The notes below the pieces were generated by a model. That model was given only the letters and a program-made list of their open reading frames with translations. It did no database searches and had not been told where the DNA came from. Made by a program: the position numbers and the translations under genes. This document shows, piece after piece, positions 51,191-63,509 of a stretch of DNA of 64,000 nucleotides. Source of the DNA: Octopus sinensis. Its lineage: Eukaryota. The DNA is taken from positions 992,001 to 1,056,000 of the forward strand of contig NC_043003.1 of NCBI RefSeq assembly GCF_006345805.1. The letters are read 5' to 3'. How positions within the stretch are numbered: the first letter of the stretch is position 1; each line of letters starts with the position of its first letter.

Positions 51191-51655
51191 GCTCCAACAT
51201 GTGGTAAGAATTATGCCAAAACATGTTATAAAACCACCTTTAGTTCCTGCAAAAATACAGGTTGTGGACGAGAAAATGGAAAATTGAAAATAAAACTCCA
51301 GTCAATTGTGTGTTGGTCCAGTTTCGAGATAAAAACAGTAAAATAGTTTATTTCTCGTCCTCAGCACAAAAAATTTGACTTTATTTTGAAGCAAAAGTGC
51401 AGATATTTGCGCATAATCATAGGAATTTGTTTCCTGGGGGTATGTATAAAATATTTGTGACTATGTTTCTTTGAATATTGTGCTGAGGATGAGAAATAAA
51501 CTATTTTACTGTTTTAATCTCAAAACTGGACCAACACACAATTGACTGGAGTTTCATTTTGAATTTTCCATTTTCTCGTCCACAATCTGTATTTTTGCAG
51601 GAACTAAAGGTGGTTTTATAACATGTTTTGGCATATTCTTACCACATGTTGGAGC
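51191..51655. mobile_element. Fold-back element, about 178-bp arms (51191-51369 / 51478-51655), in intron 1 of gene B
   Basis: gctccaacatgtggtaagaa... mirrored by ...ttcttaccacatgttggagc. Confidence 0.8.
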
Positions 51656-54600
51656 TTATATAATTATATAATTTATATATATAATTATTATTTTAGTATA
51701 ATTTAACTACAAGGTTTTAAAGCACATTGATCACTTGATATTATCCTTCACATGATTTAAAACAATGACTTGAGATGTATGCCTTGCCTTAATGTTTGAC
51801 ATCTTGTTTAACAATTATATATCCGCCTCACCGGAAATCTGCAATGGCTCCATAACTACCATCTCGGCCGTAACCTTGGAGCCCGAGTAATCCGTTACAA
51901 CACTTACCTAGCATACCTAATCGTTTAGATCACCAGTGAACTAAAGCCCCATACTTTGTGTGTGTGTGTGTGTATGTATGATGGGCATCTTCCAGTTTCT
52001 GTCAACCAAATCCACTCACAAGGCTTTGGTTAGCCCAAGGCCATAGTAGAAGACACCTGCCCCAGGTGCCACGCTGTTGGACTGAACCTAGTACCATGTG
52101 GTTGGGAAGTAAGCTACTTACCACACAGCCACGCCTACATATATTTATGTATATGTATATATATGTGATAGGCTTGTGTATAGCTTCCATCAGCCAATTC
52201 CTCCTGCAAGCCATTGACCAGTTCAAGCCTGTAATAGAAGACACTCATTCATGCTGTCATGCAGAGGGAATGAACCTGAAACCACAGTGTTGTGAACTGA
52301 ACTTCTTACATACACAACCATGCTTATGACTAGGAAAAATTCTGAAGCTCTCTACTAATCAAAAAGCCTGAAATTAAGTGGGCAGTACCATTGTTCAGTG
52401 ATAGTTTGGCTTTGGAAATAATGGCACTGATTCTGTGACTGGAAACAAACACTCAGAGCCAAACTGAAATAAAGAATCACCCAACGGCAGGAATATGAAG
52501 CACGGCATTCTTTAGTCTAGTGTAGTCAGCATTCTTTTGAGAAGCTCCCATCAAACCTTTGATTTCTCAAAGCTGAGATTCCATTTTGGTTTTCAAACAG
52601 TGATTTGTGTAGAAGAATGCAAATCTGTATTTGAAGCATTAATTCCAGATATTTGTCAGACACCAATACCATTTCAGGAAATTTCTTAAACCAGAAGATG
52701 ATTTCTTAGAGAGAAAAAGGTTATGTTTAATGTTGTGTTAAACTGATAAGAAGTAAAACGGTTATATTGTGGTTACAGAAAATTCTGAGAGATACAAAGA
52801 ACAAAGCTAGAATATTGAAGACAATACACTGTGATAAAGTGAAGAATCTTTATTTTGGTGACTGCTACAGCTATGGGCAAAGATTTTGAATCTGTGAATG
52901 CAAAGTTTCATAAGGTGGTGAAACGGCCAAATTGTTAGCATATTGGACAACATTCTTAGTGACATTTCTTCCAACTCTTTATGTTCTGAGTTCAAATAAT
53001 GCTGAGGTCAACCTTGCTTTTCATCCTTTCAAGGTTGATAAAATAAAATAGCACTCAAGTTCTGGGGTCAATGTAATCGACTCATCCCCTCCCATCTGAA
53101 ACTCCTGGTCTTGAACCCTGTAACAGACTGGCATCCAGATCTCAGTTACTTACATGCCATGGGAACCAGGTAAATGGCCTTATGGATCTAAGGGCTAAAT
53201 AAAAACATGGTGTTTCAGTTCTTTTACAGTGAGTTTCTGAATTGTATAAAGAAGCAAAATCATTGAAAAAAAACTCTGCATAATAGAAGTTAATGATATG
53301 GGTTTAAAAACTTTGACACAAGGCCAGTAAGTCTGAGGGAGGGAATAAGTTGGTTACATTGACCCCAATATGCAACAGGTACTTATTTTAGTGACCCCTA
53401 AAAGAATGAAAGGCAAAGTCAGCCTCGGTGGAATGTGAACGTAGAAGTCTATAATATTGAAAAGATGGGGTCTGGAGTCAGGTTGAACCCTTCAGCATCT
53501 TTCGAATGACATTGTGAGGTCTTTCATGAGTGCTACTGGTAACATGAAATCCAATACAACCTGTTGCTTGGTCGGATTGTTGATGACTAAACTGGTGCCC
53601 CACTAGGGTTGGTAGAAACACAGCAGGACTAAAAACAAAACTTATCAAAGGACCTCGTGTAGGTTTAATGACTATCTAGCAATATCATAAACCCTCAGAA
53701 ATTCTGGGTTGGTGTCTAGTGTGCTGGAAAGCCACTGGGCATGGGGCACCCTTCAGCTTTTGTTAAAGCATGTCTTTAGAACCTGCTTCAAACACAGGTT
53801 ATGTTTGCTCCAATAATTGGTGGTGACTTGGTCAGTGAATTCTCTGTGGTGGTCGACAATCAATGCCAAGATGAGTTGCAACAGATCATACTACCCCAAA
53901 GTCTGTGTGACTGGGGACCACATGTGAACTTGTATTCCCACTGAAACTACAAAGATTTGCTTGGCACCACCTCAACCCACCTTGGAAGAATGCCTTCACA
54001 AATAGTGAATACAACAATCACTGATGTTGCAAATAGCTGCTCAGCTGAATAAAAATCTGGTATATGCCAGTGAAGCTGTATTTAATTAAAATAGCCATCT
54101 ATGCATCATACACAATGTATACACACTATTGATAGGTCATATTGTGATATGAAAATGGGTGCTGTAATTAGTTGCCAGTTATATATTATATTTCATAATT
54201 AACCACATTTATGGAGTTACAATTTGAGAGTATTTAATGGTAGAATTAGGCTGATGTTGCACTCATGATAGCAGGATCATGGTTTCAATTCCCAGAACAG
54301 CAATGTGTCATGGCCCTTGAACAAAACCATTTTACATTGCCCCAGTCCACTCATCTGCAAATGAGGTGACTCTATGACATATGTCCCATTTAGGGGAAGG
54401 TTCTGAACAATTCTTTCTGATTTTGGTGCAAGGCCTGCATTAATGAAGTGAGTGGGAAAGTCAGTTTCATCAACCCCCAATATCCAACTGGTATCTATTT
54501 TCATTGACCCTGAAAGGATGAAAGATAAAGTTGACCTCAACAGAATTTGAACTTAGAATGTAATGAATCAGAAGAACTTCAGCAAAGAATCTTTTCCAAC

Positions 54601-54999
54601 TCTTGTGTATGAGACAGTTGGGATGGAGAGTACGAGCAGCGAAGTACGGAGAAGGAGGCGGAAGTACATTGGCCACATTATAAGAGTCCAAGACTGTATT
54701 GCAGTCATGGTATGGCACCGGAAGGAAGGAGGAAGAGCCAAGAACATTTGGGGAAGAACTATTGGAAAAGAGAGGGACAGGCTGGCAGATGGAAAAGAGA
54801 GAACCAGGTGCAAACGACAGCCATCACCTGGGCAACCTGGAGAGAAAGGAAGCTTCAGGTGCTGTCTGGCATGAAGTGGGAAGAAGGTGGAGATGGATGT
54901 TCACCACAACCCATCAGGTATGAAACTAAGACGTAATTAGGTTTCTTTTCAAGACATTGATTGATTGATGTTAATTTTGTTACCTTTTTTTATAGACAT

Positions 55000-55900
55000 A
55001 AATGTGGTAAATGGCTTGCTTACGAACCACATGGTTCTGGTTTCAGTCCCACTACGAGGCAACTTGGGCAAGTGTCTTTTACTATAGCCTCAGGCCAACC
55101 AAAGCCTTGTGAGTGGATTTGCTAGACGGAAACTGAAAGAAGCCCGTCATACATATGTATATGTATGTATGCGTGTGTATATGTTTGTGTGTCTGTGTTT
55201 GTCCCTCCAACATCACTTGACAACCGATGCTAGTGTGTTTACGTCCCCATAACTTAGTGGTTCGGCAAAAAAGACAGATAGAATAGGTACTAGGCTTACA
55301 AAAAATAGATCCTTGTGTCGATTTGCTTGACTAAGGTTGGTGTTCCAGCATGGCTGCAGTCACATGACTGAAACAAGTAAAAGAGTTTCATCTTTTACTT
55401 GTTTCAGTCATTAGACTACGGCCATGCTGGAGCACTGCCTTGAAGAGGTTTTTAGTTGAACGAATCGACCCCACTACTTATATTTTTACTTGAAGTCGGG
55501 AACTTATTTTATCAGCCTCTTTTGTCAAACTGCTAGGTTACTGGGACGTAAAGACACCAACACCGATTAAGTGGTGGTGAGACCACTAGCGTAGCTAGAG
55601 TATGTGCTGCCCGGGGCGGCCCCTGAACCCCACAAAAAACACATATTGCCAACAGCAGACCCAAAAATGGTGCCCCTTTAAAAGCGCTCACACCCTCGGG
55701 GGTGGACGGCCTCTGTCCACCCACTACACTTGTGGGTAGGAAACACACACACACATATCTACGACGGTCTTCCTTCAGTCTGCGTCCACCAAATCCACTC
55801 ACAAGGCTTTGATCAACTTGAGGCTATGGTAGAAAAGACTTACCCAAGGTGCCAAGCAGTGCGATTGAACTTGCAAACATGTGGTTGAGAAGTAAACTTC
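55000..55900. mobile_element. Tail-to-tail pair of family 1 SINEs (+ about 55000-55385; - about 55390-55900)
   Basis: Junction gactgaaacaagtaaaag agtttcat cttttacttgtttcagtc. Confidence 0.7.
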
Positions 55901-56904
55901 TTCCACGCCTGTACCTCGTAGAGTAGTATTTTTAATAAACTCTACTTTTGGTATCTACCATGCATTGCAGTATTTTATAAACAACTTTGATGTACGGCCA
56001 TTGTTTTTCTTTTTCGTTTTTGCCAATGTTTGGCTAGAAACGTCTGCGACTCTGGCAATCCTGATCTTCCGATTCAGAAACTAAAACTTAACCGGAAAGA
56101 CACAGAAGTTATGAGTCAAGCAAGCAGCAGCATTTGAATTTGCTCCTTCTGTCAGCCTATAATGAAGAAGAGGAAGTTAACTCATAAATACCTAAGTAGC
56201 TCAATTGGGTCAACACTCGTGTCCGATATATAAGTTAACGGCATTAAACGATGATTAACCTTTAGAAAGATTTTATCGCTTTTAATGGATACAACGTAAT
56301 TAAATGTTAGGCAGAGTTTGTCAGTTTTTGCTTAGAGGAGGGGAAATTATAATAACAGTTAGCTAAAACATGTTGAGTTTCATTTCAAAAACATTTGTTC
56401 GATTTCGTTGTAAGATACTCCTTCAATCGAAAAAGTTCTTGTTGCGACAAAATAAATAAATCTATGAAAGAATTTTTAAAAGGTGACAAAGAATATTTTA
56501 CGTTGTTAAAAATATTTTTGCCATTTGTTGTATCTCCACAACAGATGAAAATAAACGATACCTCAACCGACTTTATTTACAAACGAATTATAAGTAAAAT
56601 TTCTTTCATTCTAGATAAATTTTATGATCGCTTTAAGGTCTCATCTCTCTCTCATTATATATATATATATATACGCGCGCACACACAAAGACGTCTTCCG
56701 TTTAAGTGGGATCGATATTTGTCTTCCTTTTCACATAAACACTCTTCTGAATTCAAATTTACGTTAGAAAACAAGGTTCAATCTTACCATATTAATTAAT
56801 ACTCACACACATCATATCACTTCACAAGGTTATAGCAACTTTCAATATATTAGTTAATCTACGTTTCACCAAATAAAGTATAATCTAGGTTATAAATAAC
56901 TCAC

Positions 56905-56953
56905 CTCTGTTTATGAGAAGTACGATGAGTAAAAACTTCAAACTGGTCGACAT
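56905..56953 (-). CDS. Ly6/uPAR gene B, exon 1 (signal peptide)
   Basis: aaaATG; MSTSLKFLLIVLLINR plus 1 nt, GTGAGT donor (phase 1) joins in frame to exon 2, giving ..INRASSLTC..; 136 aa, 10 Cys. Link across an 8.5-kb intron is inferred. Confidence 0.72.
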
Positions 56954-57320
56954 TTTAATTGATGGTAACATAATTAATGATTTGGTTCGTTTTCTGTTTA
57001 ATTCGTTTTATGTTTTAATTAAGAGTCGGATGAATAAATTACTTGGTAAAATTTTCACGTGTTTCTTTACGAAACTCGAATAAAAAAAAAACTTTGTTAC
57101 AATCGGACAGGTAAAAACATACACCTTTGAAAGACGTCACACCTGAACTTCTGGTTTAATGAAGGGAGATAATTGTTTCACTGTTGCCGTCACCTGTCGA
57201 CAGGTAAGGAATGTTAAATATTTTTAACGGTGGACGGGGGGTTCTAAAGGGATTGAACGATTGTTCTGATGGCTTTTAAGAAGTTTCGACAACAAAGGAT
57301 GAAGGAAGGTGTTTTCGTAT

Positions 57321-59300
57321 CTTAGAATAACTTAGAAAGGTTTTTGGCCAGTATTGGCCCAGGCCATGTCTAACTTAATAGCACCACCTGGCGAAGTCTT
57401 TCAGTTCAGGATTTGGGCACCAAGGCCCATTCGAGCAGAGAGTTATTGTTTGCGGAGACATATCCGGGTGTGGGTGGTTTGTCCGGTACTGTTTGAAGGA
57501 ATTTGTCCAAAGAGTTCTTGAATATTGTGTGGTCAGTTTCTTTTTTGACGTGTCCTGGTGTAATGTTGAAGAGAGCGGGTCCAATTGAGGTGAAATAGTT
57601 GTGCCGTATTGTCGTTATGTGATGCGATTTAGATTTTTGTTGTGGACGGATGGCACGTGGTCCAAGCCTTGGATGCATTTTGAAGGTGATGCCAACATCA
57701 TTCGGACAGTGCTGATGGAATATTTTCCACATCATACAGATAATGTAGCGTTCACGGCGTCGTTGGAGTGAATACAATTTCAGCTTCTCTAGTCTACCCC
57801 AGTAGTCAAGGTCTGACATGCCATCTATCTTTTTTGTGATTGACCTTTGGGGAGCTTCAATTCTCATAATATTTTGTTTTGTGTAGGGAGACCACAGTGG
57901 ACAGCAGTATTCAAGGTGGGGTCGGGCAAAAGTGGAGAAGAGAAGGATAATAGCGTGGGAATCTCTCGACTGGAAGGTTCTGAGAATCCAGGAACACATT
58001 CTGCGGGCCATGTCAACTTTGCTGCTTATATGTGTAGCCCAGCTTATGTTGTTGTCCACTGTTACTCCCAGGTCTCTGATGTTGTTGGATGCCATGAGAA
58101 TTTCTCCAGAAGGAAGAGAGTATGGGAGTTTCAGAGCGTCCTCCCTTCCAAAGTGGATCAGTTCGAATTTGTCTTCATTTAGCAACATGTTATTCTTTTC
58201 CGCCCATTGGACAACATCCAGTAGGTCTGACTGAAGGTTTATTCGGTCATCCACGCCATTGATGACCTTCTCGAGCTTGGAATCATCAGCGAAGGTTCTG
58301 TGTTTGATGGTGTCAGTAATATCATTTATGTAGATGATGAAGAGAAGAGAAGTGAAGTGGGCCCAACACAGTGCCTTGTGGGACACCACTGCTGACTTTG
58401 GCTGGGCTGGATTTGACTCCTTCGACTACAACATGTTGGGTTCTGTTAGAGAGGAAGCACTTGATCCATTGCAGCAGCTTTCCAGTGACACCAATATTGG
58501 ACAGCTTTCTCAGAAGGATCTTATGATCAACCCTGTCAAAGGCCTTGCTGAAATCAAGGTAGATGACATCAGTGTTGGAACCCTCTCCCAAGGCTCTCAA
58601 AATGTCATCAAAATGATGCAGTAGCTGCGTCAGGCAATCTCTCCCATTACGGAATCCATGCTAGTTGGGGTTCAGCATATTATGACTCTCAAGGAAGTGA
58701 GTCATACGCGATCTCAGCACCCTCTCAAATACCTTGATGATATGAGAGGTGAGTGAGATTGGACGGTAATTCACGGCAAGCGATTGTTTCCTTTTTTGAA
58801 AACTGGGACAACAGACTGGGATAGAAGGTCTTCTGGTATATATCCAGCATCCAATGAGTTCCGCCACAGATTGGCTAGAGGGGGTGCAAGTTGGTTTTGA
58901 CACATCTTCAAGACACAAGCAGGGAACCTATCGGGACCTACTGCTGAATTATGCTTCATTTCCTTTATTGCTGCTAAGACATCAGGAGCGCCAAATGTTA
59001 TGTCCGATAAAGTGTATTGGGGAGTAACATCACTGATACAGCCCAGATCAGTCATATCAGGATTGCTGAAAACAGAGCAATATTGTTTCTGCAATATTTC
59101 TCCCATGGTTTTGGCATTGTCTTGAAGAGTACCATTTTCATCAATCAGAGGGCCAACAGTAGAACCAGTGACTCTGTGTTTTTTTGCAAATGAAAAGAAC
59201 ACTTTGGGATTGAGTTTGATCTTCTCAATGGCCCAGGCCTCTTCAGCTCTTCGCTGACTATTGATGATAGACATCATGTTGTTTTGGAGTTTATGTTTTT
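57321..59300 (-). mobile_element. CR1-like LINE, about 2-kb 3' portion, few frameshifts
   Basis: ORFs 58771-59277, 58661-58918, 58322-58600, 57406-58389: YLDFSKAFDRVDH, GVPQG, FADDSKL, HLEYCCPLWSP, SLQRRR; short cttaga tandem tail shared with 63506. Confidence 0.88.
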
Positions 59301-60681
59301 TAATCTCTAGCGACGAGATTATTGAAATATCGATTTTCTCTCTTATTTACGAAAAGTCATACAAATACATTGAGAGACTTCGTGATTCATGTTTTGTTGT
59401 TTAATGTTTGATCATTGATCAACACTAAGCGAGTTGGCCAGCGATCAAAGACATTCCAACTGTGACCACCTTGTCTATATGTATATCTTTACAAGCGCAG
59501 GTATGGCTGTGCGGTCAAGAAGCCCGCTTTGTTATTACATGCGTTCAGGTTCAGTCCCATTGCGCGGCACCTTGGGTAAGTGCCTCCTGTTATTGCCCCG
59601 GCTTGACCAGTAGCATGAGAGTGAAGTTGGTAAATGGAAACGGTGTGGAAGTGCGCCGGACAAAGTACGTAGCGGCGTTTCTTCCGGCTCTTTAGGTTCT
59701 GAGTTCACATTTCATCCTATCGAGGTCGATAAACTAAAATACTTGTCAAGTGCTGGGGGGGGGGATGTAATCGACTTGTCCCCCCCACCGCCCGCCTTAA
59801 AATTTCAAGTCTTGTGCAAAAATTAGAAGGAATTATGACATGTCACAAAAAAAAAGAAAAGAATTCTGTACGACAAGCGACAATGTTCCGTATGGTGATA
59901 TCTACCGAAGGAAGTACCGAAGCACTTTGCCAAACTAAAATGGTCGGTAAATGGAATGATTCTCTTCGAAATCTTGAATCTAGACGAAAGTGAAGCATTG
60001 CCAAAGAAATCAACGAAACACAACGAGGACTGCAACGCATCGATCTAACATCGATCAGTCGGAAAGGACCGATTCTTCGTGACAACCACCGACCAAAAGT
60101 CTCAAAAATGAGTCATCATCATCATCATCATCATCAATCCTCAGACTTTACAGTCTTGAGCCCAAGGACTCACAAGAATAGTTACCTTGTTACCCGGTTC
60201 CCGTGGCTTACAAGTGATCGAGACGAAACCATTCCCCCAGAACGGAAGAATACTGTTACTTCGCCGAGTGGATTGGAACGACGCAAAAGAGAGCCTGTTT
60301 GCTCAAGAACAAAACGCACCACCCGGTCCGACAATCGAAACTGCGATCTCGTGATCACGAGTGCAATACTCGCAACATTAACTGAGCCATGAAACTCGGC
60401 TCCATTCAATAGACTCGAACACATCTCTTCGATCGACAACCAGATTTTCTACAAGCTTCTATAGGTTCTTGCAAGTAAGTTTTCAATAAATAAACGGCAG
60501 CTCAAAACGAACTCAAAGAATTCATTGCTTCCAGTATATTATTTTATCTTTTTCTAGTTCCAGCTTGAGAACTGCGGTCATGCTGCAGCACTGCAGTTAG
60601 CTTTGCTACACGTTCACTACTTGCAACCTCCTTCGGCATTTCGTTTTGGAGAGTTCGATGTTGATCCCTCGTCGGTTTTTC

Positions 60682-60787
60682 CTAAAACTTTCGTTGCGCT
60701 TTGCAACCTTTTCAATAGTCTTGACTCTCAATAGTCTTGAGAGTCAAGAGTCTTGAAAAGGTTGCAAGACGCAACGAAAATTTTAGG
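60682..60787. repeat. Imperfect hairpin whose arms each resemble a U3-A8 hammerhead
   Basis: - strand 60682-60718: CUA-UUGAAAA-G-GUUGC(AAAGC)GCAAC-GAAA(GU)UU/UAG; + strand 60750-60787 similar with stem I broken. Confidence 0.45.
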
Positions 60788-61004
60788 AAAATAAAAATAA
60801 GAAATAAGTGGAAATTTTACCGGTGAGTGTGTTACATTATAAGGTACAAAAAGAAAATGACTCTCCCCAGACACAACAGAATATGCTTCAACAGACAAAC
60901 TCATATGGAGAATCTTGCAAACCAAATCCAAAAACGAAATATATATATAGCTGCGATGGGTAAATTGTCACTATTTTATGTTTCTAATTTCGTGTATGCT
61001 GGCA

Positions 61005-61715
61005 GCCAATCGTTCTCGAGGGCGTGGAGCTGGAGGATGTGGAGTCCTTCGTCTACCTGGGTTTAACGGTGGTTCCAACGGGCCAGGGCGCAGCCGAGAT
61101 CAAGCGTCGCATAGGTGCCGCCAGATCCGCATTCGTGCGCTTCCAGCGGTGCCTGTGGGACAGAAGAGAGATCTCCTCGGTGACCAAAGGGCGAATCTAC
61201 CAGGCCGTCTTTCGTACTATCCTCCTCTATGGTTGTGAAACATGGCCTACGAAGGTAGTCGACCAGCGAAGGCTGGAGGTGTTCGACAATGACTGCCTCC
61301 GCTGCATTCTTCGCTGCCGACGCATTGATCGGGTTCCTGCAGCCGGTCTTCGTCATCGCCTAAATCTCCGGCCCTTCCCTTCGATGCTTCTACAACGGCG
61401 CTTAAGGTGGTTCGGTCATGCAGCCCAGCGTCCAGAGGGTGAGATGATTCGCGATGTCCTCCTCCCACCTACACTTCCCAGCTGGCTCAAATGCACGGGC
61501 GGGCAGCTGAAGACCTGGGCAACGACGATAAAGGAGGATCTCCCCGAACTCTCAGATCCGCAGGTGGTCGGTCTGCGCAGATGGAACCGCGAATGGCTCG
61601 CTATCTCCAGTGACCTCGCACAAGACCGTCGAGCGTGGGCCGCCATGGTTCGTGATGCCGTTGGGACCAGAGAAGAAGCCGGCTCAACCCGCCCTGGGTG
61701 AACGCCGTCACAAGA
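61005..61715 (+). mobile_element. RTE-clade LINE 3' end, GC-rich, uninterrupted 225-codon frame
   Basis: VESFVYLG, EIKRRIGAARSAF, LLYGCETW, RRLEVFDNDCLRCIL, RRLRWFGH, GGQLKTW, LAQDRRAW. Confidence 0.85.
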
Positions 61716-61759
61716 TGAAGTATGCGCATTGTTTGTTTTTGATTTTGCCGATTACACAG

Positions 61760-62642
61760 TGCAGTTGGGTCAGTTGGGCACCGTCTGTGAGAAAAACAGC
61801 AACATGACGCAATTCACTCGGCCAGAAATTTGGAAACGACAAACTGTATTGCTTGGCATTCGTTCCGGAAGCTCCAATACGAACATTTCAGAGCGTTTGG
61901 GTGTCAATCTAAGGACAATGCAGAGGACTTGGAAAGAGTTGGATGAGTTTAATGGTGACTGCAAAGGCACGGCAGCTCGGAAAACTCACACTGGTCGTTC
62001 TGATACGAAAAGAACTCCTGAATTTCTTGGTGAGATCCAAGTCATGATTGTCAACGATCCCTCCAACTCAATCCGGTCCATCGCCAGGGACATGGAAGTG
62101 TCTGAGTCTCTTATCAGGCAGGCAGTGCACGAAGACATGTGGCCCTTTCTCATACAAGATGAGAAAGGGCCAATTCTTATACCAATCCATCAAGGACAAA
62201 AGGAAGGACCGCACTACGAAGCTTTTGAACAAACTCGAGCATCCCCCCCACCAACTGAACATGCTTTGGTTTTTCTCAGACGAGAAAAATTTCTGAAAGG
62301 ATGGTAGATACACAGAACAACCGCTGGTTTGCTGTGTCTTCAAAACATGAACCGAGAGGGCTAAAAATCATCGTCATGGTATTTTGAGTGATCCCTAGTG
62401 ATGGCCACGTTATGCCTCCATTGATCTTCCTACACGGCCTCAGATTCAACACGAAGATCTACATCAAGTGCCTGGAGGAGGAAGTGCTGCCCTGGGTCAA
62501 GAGGGTGGCTACTGGAAGACCCTATTTCTGGCCATAGCAGAACCCAGTCATGGTTGTCAGACAATTTCTGCGACCACATCACCCCTAACATCTGGCCACT
62601 AATTTTTCTTTCTGCATAATTTAGACAATTTATTGACGCATC

Positions 62643-62644
<2 letters not shown>
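61760..62644 (+). mobile_element. Tc1/mariner (maT/DD37D-like) transposase remnant
   Basis: HTH region (SIRSIARDMEVSES), then [47 protein letters not shown]; frameshifted. Confidence 0.7.
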
Positions 62645-62711
<67 letters not shown>

Positions 62712-62719
62712 TATATATG

Positions 62720-62755
<36 letters not shown>

Positions 62756-62810
62756 TATATAAATGTATATATACACATATTTTTACGTACATTATATATA
62801 TATATAATAT

Positions 62811-62885
<75 letters not shown>

Positions 62886-62893
62886 CATATATA

Positions 62894-63272
62894 GGCGCAG
62901 GAGTGGCTGTGTGGTAAGTAGCTTGCTAACCAACCACACGGTTGCGGGTTCAGTCCCACTGCGTGGCATCTTGGGCAAGTGTCTTCTGCTATAGCCCCGG
63001 GCCGACCAATGCCTTGTGAGTGGATTTGGTAGACGGAAACTGAAAGAAGCCTGTCGTATATATGTATATATATGTATATGTGTGTGTGTTTGTGTGTCTG
63101 TGTTTGTCCCCCTAGCATTGCTTGACAACCGATGCTGGTGTGTTTAGGTCCCCGTCACTTAGCGGTTCGGCAAAAAGAGACCGATAGAATAAGTACTAAA
63201 AGGTGGTGCTCCAGCATGGCCGCAGTCAAATGACTGAAACAAGTAAAAGAGTAAAAGAGTAAAGAGTAAGAG
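62894..63272 (+). mobile_element. tRNA-derived SINE, family 1, full length
   Basis: ggcgcaggagtggctgtgtggtaag..gggttcagtcccactgcgtggca..(aaagagt)n tail. Confidence 0.85.
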
Positions 63273-63287
63273 TATATATATATACAT

Positions 63288-63353
<66 letters not shown>

Positions 63354-63446
63354 CATTATATATATATACATATATATATATATACATATATATATACATA
63401 TACATATATATATATATGTATATATATAATATATATACATAATATA

Positions 63447-63505
<59 letters not shown>

Positions 63506-63509
<4 letters not shown>

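Noticed and set aside
51321-51364. Complete hammerhead in the 51-kb fold-back
   Set aside because: Core halves and stem II are present, but there is no U16.1 and stem I has only 2 bp in either arm.
54560-54930. Host CDS (103 aa)
   Set aside because: RRRKYIGHIIR..W..GRAKNIW motif is a decayed RTE C-terminus; similar relics at about 15770-16070, 19380-19760 and 36830-37330.
59830-60480. CpG-rich ORFs of 70-94 aa
   Set aside because: Look like heavily decayed LINE sequence; no family could be assigned with confidence.
62894-62965. tRNA genes
   Set aside because: A/B-box-like heads continue into SINE bodies and occur in many diverged copies; no cloverleaf could be supported.
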